Shown in pieces: positions 36,986 to 45,534 of a stretch of 64,000 nucleotides of DNA. Positions within the stretch are counted from its first letter, which is position 1. Each line of letters begins with the position of its first letter. The position numbers and the translations under genes are program-made. The notes beneath the pieces are model-generated. The model searched no databases, was not told the DNA's origin, and saw only the letters and a list, made by a program, of their open reading frames with translations. The stretch comes from Polyangiaceae bacterium (lineage in GTDB: Bacteria; Myxococcota_A; Polyangia; Polyangiales; Polyangiaceae). The DNA is taken from the NCBI GenBank assembly GCA_050287085.1, contig JBNKBE010000013.1, forward strand, positions 32,001 to 96,000. Direction: 5' to 3'.

Positions 36986-38059
36986 ATGCCCGCCACCACT
37001 CCGATCGCTACGCCCGCTGCCGTGCCCAGCGACGCTCAATGGGGGGCCATCGTCAAGCGCCAAGCGCTGACTTCGTTTCTTTACGCGGTCGTCACGACGG
37101 GTGTCTACTGTCGACCCAACTGCCCCTCGCGTCGCGCGCGAAGGGAGAATGTGCGCATCTTCGAATCCGCTGCCGAAGCTGGGTCGGCTGGCTTTCGGCC
37201 CTGCAAGCGCTGCCGCCCCAATGAGGAGGTGAATGCCTTGGCTCTGCGCGCGGTAACCCGTATGTGCCGCGCCCTGGAGCAAGCGGAGCAAACACCCACC
37301 CTCGAGCAGCTCGCTCGCGGCGCGGGGCTGAGCTCATCCCATGCGCGACGCGTCTTCCAACGCGCCACGGGGCTCACCCCCAAGGCCTATCACGACGCCC
37401 TGCTGAGGGCGCGCGCGAGTGCGGCATTGTCGGACTCCAGGAGTGTCACGGAGGCCATCTATGCCGCCGGATTCACCGCACCAAGCCGCTTCTACGAGCG
37501 AGCGGACGCGATGCTGGGAATGGCCCCGGCGACGTTCCGTTCGGGAGCCCCCGGGGTGGTCATCCGATTTGCGCTAGCAAGCTCTTCTCTCGGCGAGGTA
37601 TTGGTGGCCGCGACTGAACGCGGGATTTGTAGCGTGTTGCTTGGCGACGAACGCGCGGCCTTGGTTGCGGAACTCCAGCACCGCTTCGCGCGCGCGGAGC
37701 TGACTTGCGCTGAGCCCGAATTCGAAGCCGTCGTCAATGCCGTCCTGGACGTCATCGAAGGCCAAGGATTGCCGGAAGCGTTACCGCTGGACGTCCAGGG
37801 CACGGTATTCCAAGCGCAGGTGTGGCGGGCCCTTCAGAGCATTCCACGAGGTCGTGTGCTGAGCTACTCGGAGCTCGCCCTGCAGCTGGGAAGACCGAGC
37901 GCCAGCCGTGCGGTAGCGCGAGCCTGCGCCAGCAACCCGGTCGCGGTGCTGATCCCTTGTCATCGAGTCGTCCGCGCCGGCGGAGCTCTCGCCGGATATC
38001 GCTGGGGGATTGCGCGAAAACGCGAACTCCTGCTCCGTGAAGGAGCGCTTGACGAGTGA
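36986..38059 (+). CDS. ada: Bifunctional Ada regulator / O6-methylguanine-DNA methyltransferase
   Basis: TTGVYCRPNC, FRPCKRC, AraC HTH, GTVFQAQVW, IPCHRVV. Confidence 0.95.
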   Translation: MPATTPIATPAAVPSDAQWGAIVKRQALTSFLYAVVTTGVYCRPNCPSRRARRENVRIFESAAEAGSAGFRPCKRCRPNEEVNALALRAVTRMCRALEQAEQTPTLEQLARGAGLSSSHARRVFQRATGLTPKAYHDALLRARASAALSDSRSVTEAIYAAGFTAPSRFYERADAMLGMAPATFRSGAPGVVIRFALASSSLGEVLVAATERGICSVLLGDERAALVAELQHRFARAELTCAEPEFEAVVNAVLDVIEGQGLPEALPLDVQGTVFQAQVWRALQSIPRGRVLSYSELALQLGRPSASRAVARACASNPVAVLIPCHRVVRAGGALAGYRWGIARKRELLLREGALDE

Positions 38060-38187
38060 GGCCCGCACCGAAGCCCCGGATCCCGATAGTACGCTCCGGT
38101 CCCAAGTGGGAACGCCCGTGATAGAGACGCAACACACCCGCAAAAAAGGGTCGACGCAATCGGACAATCCGCTATTGCTGCCAGCTG

Positions 38188-39426
38188 ATGCGAACCCTCC
38201 TGTCCAGCCTCCACTCTCGCGGTGCCAAGAGCGCAGTGTGTCTCCTCGTCCTCACTGCGGCCTGTGCCGGAACTGAACCTCCCGCCGAAGAGCCCACAGG
38301 CGGCGGCGCGAGCGCCGGCGCTATGGCCGGTGCCAGCGCTATGGCCGGCGCGGCAACAGCCGGTGCCGCTGGAGGCGGCGGCGCGGCGGGCAGTGGCGGC
38401 GCGGCAGCGGGCGGCAATAACGCAATGGGCGGGGCGTCCGCGCCCGACACAAACTCCAGCGGCGGATCGGTAGCAGCGGGCGGCGCGGAGGTCACTGCCG
38501 GTGCCCCCAGCGCGGGCAGCGGCGGCAACGCGGCAGCGGGAGGGAACACTGGCTCTCCCCCCACGGCCCGAACAACATGCCCGGAGGCCCCCCCCGCCGC
38601 CACCAAAGATCCAGCCGCTGATCGCAATCTCGTGGTGTCAAAAGACGAGTATTCGCAAATGTTCAGCGCCATGGAGCCTTTCCAGGGAACACGCGGAGCT
38701 CTGCCCTGGCACCTGCATACCCCGGAACAAGCCGTCACGGCGTCCGAAGAGCGGTACCCGCTGGTCGTCATCTTACACGGCGGCTACGGTCGGGAAGTTG
38801 CAGACGGCAATATCATGGTCGATGTGGCGCCTTATCTGCTGGGTGCAGCCGGTGGCCTGCTCACGGAAGAAAACCGCGCCGCCTACCCAGCGTACGTCCT
38901 AGCGCCCCATTGCCGGCAAGATGAAGGCTGCGACTTTGGCCGCAACGAGTGGGCCGCTCCCGGCGGGCTGCACTATCAGGTTGCTGATGAACCGTCGGTC
39001 GCGGGTGGCACGGCCCTGGAGCTCATCGAGCACGTCATTGCCGACTATCAAGTCGATGCGCAGCGCGTCTACGTCACGGGGAACTCCATGGGAGGCGGCG
39101 GCACCTGGGAGTTTGCGCTGCGCCGCCCCGAGCTATTTGCGGCGGCCCTTCCGGTTTCGGGACATCCCCCCGCCCTCGAATTCCTGAAGCCGATCACCGA
39201 GGCCAAACTGCCCGTCTGGGCATTCGGCGGGGCGAACGATACCACCAATCCCTATCCGGACACCGTTGAAGCCGTGGCGACCCTCAACAGCGGCGCTGGC
39301 TGCGCATGGCTCACCACCTACAACAACACCGGTCACGATGACGCCTTGTGGAGCAGTCCCTACCTGGAGCCGGGACTTTGGCCGTGGCTCTTTGCCCAGG
39401 TCAATCCGAGCGCCCCTGCGCCCTGA
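38188..39426 (+). CDS. Lipoprotein alpha/beta-hydrolase with Gly/Ala-rich linker
   Basis: Lipobox LTAAC; YPLVVILHG, nucleophile elbow GNSMGG, GAND, TGH. Confidence 0.85.
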   Translation: MRTLLSSLHSRGAKSAVCLLVLTAACAGTEPPAEEPTGGGASAGAMAGASAMAGAATAGAAGGGGAAGSGGAAAGGNNAMGGASAPDTNSSGGSVAAGGAEVTAGAPSAGSGGNAAAGGNTGSPPTARTTCPEAPPAATKDPAADRNLVVSKDEYSQMFSAMEPFQGTRGALPWHLHTPEQAVTASEERYPLVVILHGGYGREVADGNIMVDVAPYLLGAAGGLLTEENRAAYPAYVLAPHCRQDEGCDFGRNEWAAPGGLHYQVADEPSVAGGTALELIEHVIADYQVDAQRVYVTGNSMGGGGTWEFALRRPELFAAALPVSGHPPALEFLKPITEAKLPVWAFGGANDTTNPYPDTVEAVATLNSGAGCAWLTTYNNTGHDDALWSSPYLEPGLWPWLFAQVNPSAPAP

Positions 39427-39432
39427 GGCCCC

Positions 39433-39535
39433 CGGGCTCGAAGCACTCGGGGCTCGAGGCACTCGGGGCTCGAGGCACTCGGGGCTCGAAGCACTCGGGG
39501 CTCGAAGCACTCGGGGCTCGAAGCACTCGGGGCTC
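39433..39535. repeat. 16-bp tandem repeat, about 6.4 copies, intergenic
   Basis: GGGGCTCGA(A/G)GCACTC head-to-tail with no spacers, between convergent genes. Confidence 0.95.
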
Positions 39536-39574
39536 AGTGAGGCCTGGCTCAGAGCGCTCCGGGCTCGAACGCCT

Positions 39575-39925
39575 CTAGCGAAGCTCGATCAACTCCACCT
39601 CGAACAACAGCGTCGCATTGGGCGGGATAACCCCAGCCGCGCCGCGCTCGCCGTACCCCAGGTGGGGTGGAATCAAGAGCGTGCGCTTGCCACCTACGGC
39701 CATGGTGGCGACCCCTTCATCCCAGCCGCCAATGACCTGTCCGACCCCGAGCTTGAAGGCAAACGGCTGCCCTCGATCCAATGAGCTGTCGAACTTGGCG
39801 CCCTTAGCGCCATTCTCCCACAGCCAACCGGTGTAGTGCATTACGCAGGTTTGTCCCGAGCTTGGCTGAGCGCCACTGCCTAGCTGGGTGTCATCATATT
39901 GGAGTCCACTTGACGTCTGATTCAT
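39575..39925 (-). CDS. FKBP-type peptidyl-prolyl isomerase
   Basis: HYTGWL..FDSSLDRG..QVIGGWDEG..GYG..IPPNATLLFEVEL. Confidence 0.96.
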   Translation of the reverse strand: MNQTSSGLQYDDTQLGSGAQPSSGQTCVMHYTGWLWENGAKGAKFDSSLDRGQPFAFKLGVGQVIGGWDEGVATMAVGGKRTLLIPPHLGYGERGAAGVIPPNATLLFEVELIELR

Positions 39926-40051
39926 CGCGGAAACTGTAGAGGCTCGCTCCTCCGCGCACAACCGCTTGCGGCCCGCTCCTGCACACCCCACTGCATCGCA
40001 GGCCGGTCACGAGCTGGCCCCGGGCCCGCGCCTGCGATACAACTCACAGCC

Positions 40052-41926
40052 TTGCCGACAAGCCACGCGCCAGTCCCTCCCGAGCCGGCACCCCCCGGCA
40101 GCCCGTCGCACGGGGCCAAGTGTGTGAGCACGCGGCGCGACTTGCGGGTGGCCCTGGCCGTCGGCATCGGCTTCGCCTTGCTCTATGGGCTCACGGCTGC
40201 AACCACCATCCAAGGCTTCGACTGTGGTGAATTGGTCGTGGTTGAACACAGCTGGGGGGTGGCGCACCCGCCTGGCTTTCCCACTTTCATACTGCTGGCG
40301 GGGCTCTTCGAACGCCTATTGCCGCTCGCGCCCGCGCTGAGCGCGGCCTTGTGGAGCGCGCTCTGTGGCTCGCTCACCTGCGGGTTGATGGTGCTCAGCA
40401 TGCGCCGCGCCGGCTGCTCGCGCTTAGCAGCCGGGGTGTGCGCAGTAGCCTGGGGCCTGCTGCCCTCAGTGTGGATGCTTCACACCCTCCAGGAGGTGTT
40501 CGCAACGCTGCACTGCTTCGTGGCGGCCTTGATATTCTCCTGTCTCTCTCCCGATCGTCAGAATACCGCGCAGCGCCTTGTCTTGTCCCGTGACTCCGCG
40601 GGCGGCGTGGCGAGTAACTCGAGTCGCAACGCAATCCCGACCTACGTTCGCTCGGCGCTCGCTATCGGACTGCTCTGCGGACTGGGCGCCGGCGTACACA
40701 CCACGCTCGTCTTCGCGGCGCCGCTGATTGTGTATTGGTTCTGGTGCCGCCGCACCTACCTGCGCTGGACCTTGCCGAGCGCCGCACTCGGGCTCGCCGC
40801 GGGCGGATTGTGTTTCCTGTACCTCGTCTGGGCATGGCACGGCACGGGCTTTCGCTGGGGTAGTTACGAGGGCCCGAGCAGTGTCCTCGACCACGTCTTG
40901 CGGCGGCACTACGGAGCGCTGTCATTGGGGGTCAAAGAGGGGCCACCAACCCTGGCGCTCCGGACCTACGGCAAGTGGCTGCTGATCGACGGCGTTGGCT
41001 TATTGCTCTTCATCATCGTAGGTGGGCTCTTGGCGCTGCGCCGAAGGTCACCTCAAGCACTCTGTCTGCTGGCTAGCCACGTCTTGGCGGGCATAGTCTT
41101 TCTGGCGCTATTTCGTATCCCCGACACCGAGTGGTCAGAAGCGATCATCTCGCGCTTCTTCGGTCAGGCCACACTCTACGGCCTGCCCCTCGCCGGACTT
41201 GCGCTCGACGCCCTCGGCGCAAGACTGAAACTCCGCCCCTCCCTGACCTACGCCGCGAGTAGCGCTGCAATACTCCTCATCGCCGCGCAGGCGTTTCCGT
41301 CGGCGCCCTCCACTCAACGCAACACGCTTCGTGAGAACGCAAGCGGCATTCTCGCATCCGTACAACCCAGAGCCATCCTGCTGGCCGCGGGGGACTCGAC
41401 GCTGGGTGCGTTGTGGTATGCTCAAGAGATTGACCACGAGCGCCGCGACGTATCGTTGGTCGCCACCGGCTTACTGCCCGCGCCCTGGTACGGAAGACGG
41501 CTTCAGAATGAAATCGGGTATGTTCACCCGGAAGGACTGGCTGGTACTCGGCGACTCATCGAGTTTGCCCACGCGCAGCGCCGCCCAATCTACACGGTAG
41601 AAGACCCCCGGGGACAGCTAGGCCAAACATTCCAATTCTTGCCGGTGGGTGCCGTCCTTCAAATCTTGCCCAAGAACGCGCCAATGCCTCCCCCCAGCGC
41701 AGTCGAAAGCACGCTGGTTGCATTCCAGACTCAGCACCCAATCCCAGCGGTCCCGTGGTGGCAATCAGGAAGACCCGACGAGCGGCTTGCCGTAGACTAC
41801 AGCTACGTGCGCCCATGGCGCATGCTGCTTAGCATCTATCAACGCCAAGGCGACAGGAACGCCGCTGAGCGCGCTCGACAACGCTTGCAGTTGCTCGCTG
41901 CGCTCAACGGAGCGGCTCATCCCTAG
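40052..41926 (+). CDS. DUF2723 / TMEM260-like GT-C glycosyltransferase
   Basis: DCGEL..GVAHPPGFP signature, EVF, HTT, about 10 TMs and a soluble C-terminus. Start uncertain. Confidence 0.8.
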   Translation: MPTSHAPVPPEPAPPGSPSHGAKCVSTRRDLRVALAVGIGFALLYGLTAATTIQGFDCGELVVVEHSWGVAHPPGFPTFILLAGLFERLLPLAPALSAALWSALCGSLTCGLMVLSMRRAGCSRLAAGVCAVAWGLLPSVWMLHTLQEVFATLHCFVAALIFSCLSPDRQNTAQRLVLSRDSAGGVASNSSRNAIPTYVRSALAIGLLCGLGAGVHTTLVFAAPLIVYWFWCRRTYLRWTLPSAALGLAAGGLCFLYLVWAWHGTGFRWGSYEGPSSVLDHVLRRHYGALSLGVKEGPPTLALRTYGKWLLIDGVGLLLFIIVGGLLALRRRSPQALCLLASHVLAGIVFLALFRIPDTEWSEAIISRFFGQATLYGLPLAGLALDALGARLKLRPSLTYAASSAAILLIAAQAFPSAPSTQRNTLRENASGILASVQPRAILLAAGDSTLGALWYAQEIDHERRDVSLVATGLLPAPWYGRRLQNEIGYVHPEGLAGTRRLIEFAHAQRRPIYTVEDPRGQLGQTFQFLPVGAVLQILPKNAPMPPPSAVESTLVAFQTQHPIPAVPWWQSGRPDERLAVDYSYVRPWRMLLSIYQRQGDRNAAERARQRLQLLAALNGAAHP

Positions 41927-42141
41927 CGGGAAGTCGCCGGCTCTGGCTCCAGCTGACTCCCCGCGCCTTCGCTCGCAGACGGGTTCTGCGTCTCGGCCGC
42001 CCCTGAGCCGGGCCGGTCTTCCTCCAGAACGCGCCGCATGGCAACGCCGCGTCGCCGTTCATAGAGCAACTCGAGCACCTTGCCCCCGCCCCAAAGTGCG
42101 CTGAAACCGACCGCGCCAACCATACATCCAATACATGCCAT
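41923..42141 (-). CDS. Possible small membrane protein with N-terminal CxxC
   Basis: MACIGCMVGAVGFSALWGG; fills the gap and shares a CTAG stop overlap; weak RBS. Confidence 0.3.
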   Translation of the reverse strand: MACIGCMVGAVGFSALWGGGKVLELLYERRRGVAMRRVLEEDRPGSGAAETQNPSASEGAGSQLEPEPATSR

Positions 42142-42209
42142 GCTACTCTCTACGCACCGGCCGCGGGCCAGGTTTCAGTCTAGCGCGGCGGCCCGGAGCC
42201 GAATACCAG

Positions 42210-42797
42210 ATGACCCAACAACTGCACGCAAGCGCGCTCGGGGCCGTGGCAGCCCACCTACGGCCGCCCCCCGACCATTCGGGGCGCCCTTGGATCGTCG
42301 CTCTGGACGGCCCGAGCGGAGCGGGAAAGTCTACCCTTGCGGCCCAGCTCGAAGCCAAGTTGAACGCCACGCGCATCGAAGGCGACGACTTCTTCGCCGG
42401 CGGTGTCCAAGTGCGCCGCGACTCACCCGCAGAGCGCGCCCGCGACTGCATCGATTGGCGGCGCCAGCGTCCGGTGCTTCAAGCGCTGTTGGAAGGGAGG
42501 CCCGCCCAATACCTTGGCTTCGACTGGGATGCCTTCGACGGACGCTTGCGCTCCCTGGCGACCCGGGTCGTTCCTAGTGCGCTCATCCTACTGGAAGGCG
42601 TCTATTCCGCACGTCCTGAACTCTCCGATCTGCTCGACCTCCGAGTGCTTGTCGACACGCCACGCGCCCTTCGCCTGACGCGACTGGAGGCGCGCGAAGG
42701 CCACCTGAGCGCGTGGGAAAAACAATGGCATGAAGCCGAAGACTGGTACTTCGAGCAGCTAGCGGCCCATTGGTTTCAGGTGGTGATCCATACCTAG
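42210..42797 (+). CDS. Uridine-kinase-like P-loop kinase
   Basis: VALDGPSGAGKST, DDFF, ILLEGVYS. Confidence 0.85.
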   Translation: MTQQLHASALGAVAAHLRPPPDHSGRPWIVALDGPSGAGKSTLAAQLEAKLNATRIEGDDFFAGGVQVRRDSPAERARDCIDWRRQRPVLQALLEGRPAQYLGFDWDAFDGRLRSLATRVVPSALILLEGVYSARPELSDLLDLRVLVDTPRALRLTRLEAREGHLSAWEKQWHEAEDWYFEQLAAHWFQVVIHT

Positions 42798-42924
42798 ACG
42801 CTGTGTTGTCGTCAGCAGACGAGGCTCTCTCCCCTCCTTGACAAGAGCCCCCAGGCCACCTCGCCGGCCATATACCTTCGGATGAAGGCGCATTGGAATG
42901 CGAGCGTGGTAGAGCGGCCTCAAC

Positions 42925-43659
42925 ATGCAGTTCAAGAGCGAGTTGATCGAGGGGCGACTGCTTCGCCGCTACAAGCGCTTCTTCGCGGACGTAGAGCTAA
43001 CAAGCGGAGAGGTGGTCGTGGCACACTGCCCCAACACCGGCTCCATGAAGACCTGCATCGAGCCGGAAGCGCGCGCATGGCTCACCCGTGCACGCCCGGG
43101 CCGCAAGCTTGCCTACACGTGGGAGGTCGCCGAGATCGGCGACACGCGCATCTATGTTAACCCAGTGGGTGCAAACGCCTTGGTAGCCGAGGCCATCACG
43201 GACGGGAGTATCCCGGAACTCGCTGGCTATACCCAGCTGCGCCGCGAGGTCCGCTACGGAGATCGCAGTAGGATCGACATTCTCTTGGAGGGCCCCCCCG
43301 ACTCAAATCGCCCGCCCTGCTATGTCGAAGTCAAGAATGTAACGCTGCGCGTTGGTGCGGGTTGCTCGGCTTTTCCCGACGCGGTCACCGAGCGCGGGCG
43401 CAAGCATCTGGCGGAACTCACACGGGTGGTGAGTTCCGGGGCGCGTGCAGTGATGTTCTATTGCATCAGCCGAACCGACTGTGACAGCTTCACTTCGGCG
43501 GATGATATCGACCCCGCCTACGGAGCAGCATTGCGCACCGCCCTGGAGAGCGGAGTGGAGGTCCTCGCCTACGGAGTTGCTATCGAAACAGCCGGAATTC
43601 GGCTTCGCAATCCAGTCGAGTTCCGAGCCCGCTCCGGGGCCCCGATTCGTCGCTCCTAA
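42925..43659 (+). CDS. sfsA: SfsA DNA/RNA nuclease
   Basis: RRYKRFFADV, AHCPNTGSM, SRIDILL, YVEVKNVT, FPDAVTERGRKHL. Confidence 0.96.
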   Translation: MQFKSELIEGRLLRRYKRFFADVELTSGEVVVAHCPNTGSMKTCIEPEARAWLTRARPGRKLAYTWEVAEIGDTRIYVNPVGANALVAEAITDGSIPELAGYTQLRREVRYGDRSRIDILLEGPPDSNRPPCYVEVKNVTLRVGAGCSAFPDAVTERGRKHLAELTRVVSSGARAVMFYCISRTDCDSFTSADDIDPAYGAALRTALESGVEVLAYGVAIETAGIRLRNPVEFRARSGAPIRRS

Positions 43660-43851
43660 AATCTTCCCTCCTCCGCCAGAAATACATCGATTCCCAGCTC
43701 TGCGGAGCTGGCCCGCTGGCAGGGGCGACGCGATACCCCCACCGCAGACTTGTTCGTCCAGACGCGACGCGATTAACATCGCCGCGGGAGGTCTCTCGGC
43801 GCAGCCGAGCCACGCCTCATCGAAAAACAATTCGGAAAGGGACCATAACGA

Positions 43852-44046
43852 ATGAATACCAGGCTTTCTATCGCCGGCTTGCTGCTCGTCACCGTAGGTG
43901 CGGCCACGGGCTGCGGCGCCCGGATGGCGGCCGTCTCACACGAGAAATCCGCCTACGTTGTGCGCAATACCATGCTGGGGACGGACATGTACCACTGCTC
44001 GGCAGACGGCTCGAAGCCCGTCTGCAAGAAGGTCACAGAGAAGTGA
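43852..44046 (+). CDS. Small lipoprotein (64 aa), paralog A
   Basis: Purine-rich RBS, signal peptide, lipobox ATGC; LGTDMYHCSADGSKPVC. Confidence 0.75.
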   Translation: MNTRLSIAGLLLVTVGAATGCGARMAAVSHEKSAYVVRNTMLGTDMYHCSADGSKPVCKKVTEK

Positions 44047-44084
44047 ACACCGGTCCACAGCCACAGCATTTGAGGAGAAACGAT

Positions 44085-44297
44085 ATGAAGATGCTTATCA
44101 AAGTACTCGTCCTTGCAAGCCTTGCCGGCGTCGCCCCAGGCTGCGCTTTTGTCACCAGCGCTAATCCCGGGCTGACTACGGCCACCGGCGACACGTGGTA
44201 CACAAAAGACAAGATGTTCATCATACATCTCGGAACCGATGTCTATTATTGTCCTAAAGATGGAGACGTCTGCTACCTGGCTGACATCATCGAGTGA
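44085..44297 (+). CDS. Small lipoprotein (70 aa), paralog B
   Basis: RBS GAGGAG, signal peptide, lipobox-like APGC; LGTDVYYCPKDGDVC. Confidence 0.75.
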   Translation: MKMLIKVLVLASLAGVAPGCAFVTSANPGLTTATGDTWYTKDKMFIIHLGTDVYYCPKDGDVCYLADIIE

Positions 44298-44312
44298 ACT
44301 GTGGGGTTCAGA

Positions 44313-44340
44313 CGTCGAGCTTGATACCTCGAGCTCGACG
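44313..44340 (+). terminator. 12-bp stem-loop after the lipoprotein pair
   Basis: CGTCGAGCTTGA-TACC-TCGAGCTCGACG (one G-U pair); no U-tract, so it may be a stabilising hairpin instead. Confidence 0.5.
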
Positions 44341-44462
44341 CTCCCGATTCTACCGTCCGAGGCTCAAAGACGCGACGAGCGGTCGTTCAAGGCCTTGAGC
44401 ACGGCCTCCGTACCGCCATCCCAGCCACTCTACCCCTTCCATCCCGGATCTCGATTGCCATC

Positions 44463-45446
44463 ATGACCTTTCTTGCTTTCCACCGAAATGTGAACACTCC
44501 CCGATTGGCTCTCCGACAAGAACGCAGAAGTCGCGCTGCGGTCTTCTGGACTGCTGGATGCTTGGCGATCGGGCTGTCTGCCACAGCACGGGCACAGCCG
44601 CAGTCACAAGGGCAGACGCAGACGCAGGAGTCCACAGACGGAGCAAGGCCGGCAGCCGATGCGGCCTCCGGTACCCCCCCCTCAGCCGCTCAACCGGCGC
44701 CGACAGCCCCTGCGCCAAGCTGCCAGCCTGGACTCGTGACGACCGCCAGCGGGGAATGTGTGGCAGTATCACAATGCCCGGAGGGTCTCGCGAAGACGAA
44801 CGATGGGCGCTGTGTTGCCCTCGCCATCGCTGCGGCGGCGCCTCCCCCGCTTGCGGCGCCGAAGCAGACTCAAGAAGCGGGCCCCAACAGCTCCGCGTCC
44901 AACGCGGACGCCTCCGGATTTGAACCCCGACGCGATGAACCCTGGCTTGGGGGCGCTCGAGTCGCGCCGTTTGCAGGGCTTGGGGCGTCCGGGATGGCCA
45001 TGCGTAATAACGATGCTCCCACCGGCAACCTTGCCGTCGGTGGGTTCCCCTCCCTGAGCGCTGGACTGTCCCTGCGCCACTTCGCCGCAACGGTATCGGG
45101 CATGAACCTCGATCTGATCGGCAACTTCTCGGCTGAGTTCAACTACGCTGGCCAGGGCCGTGCAGGAGGCGTCTTAGGTGCGGGCATCGCAGAGATAATG
45201 CTCGCGGTGGCCCCGCGCTCCACGCCAATAAGCCTCGGCGCCGGACTTCACACCGGAGTCGGCGGCCTCAAGCAAGACGGGAGGAGCGCGGCGGGTCTTC
45301 TGCTGGGCGTCGGACTAGAAGCCCTATTGCACTTCGGTGAGCAGCGAAACTATGGCGTGGGACTGCGCCTGCGTGGAGGAGGCTTCACTAGGGACGATGC
45401 CGGCGGCTATACCGCTTGGCACTTGCTCTTCGAATGTGGTCTGTAA
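44463..45446 (+). CDS. Exported protein, probable outer-membrane beta-barrel with Cys-paired N-terminal repeats
   Basis: Signal ending ATARA; CQPG..GEC and CPEG..GRC; Gly-rich alternating strands ending WHLLFECGL. Confidence 0.6.
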   Translation: MTFLAFHRNVNTPRLALRQERRSRAAVFWTAGCLAIGLSATARAQPQSQGQTQTQESTDGARPAADAASGTPPSAAQPAPTAPAPSCQPGLVTTASGECVAVSQCPEGLAKTNDGRCVALAIAAAAPPPLAAPKQTQEAGPNSSASNADASGFEPRRDEPWLGGARVAPFAGLGASGMAMRNNDAPTGNLAVGGFPSLSAGLSLRHFAATVSGMNLDLIGNFSAEFNYAGQGRAGGVLGAGIAEIMLAVAPRSTPISLGAGLHTGVGGLKQDGRSAAGLLLGVGLEALLHFGEQRNYGVGLRLRGGGFTRDDAGGYTAWHLLFECGL

Positions 45447-45534
45447 GCCACCAGCCCACCCCCTCACACAACCCTCCGCCACCTGTTGTAATGCCTATGG
45501 CCAGGCGCCTCGGCAGAGCGTACCATGCCGAGCG

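Noticed and set aside
39433..39535. CRISPR array
   Set aside because: Units are 16 bp, head-to-tail with no spacers, and no cas genes are present.
42838..42876. sigma70 promoter for sfsA
   Set aside because: TTGACA is present but the only -10-like hexamer is about 27 nt away.
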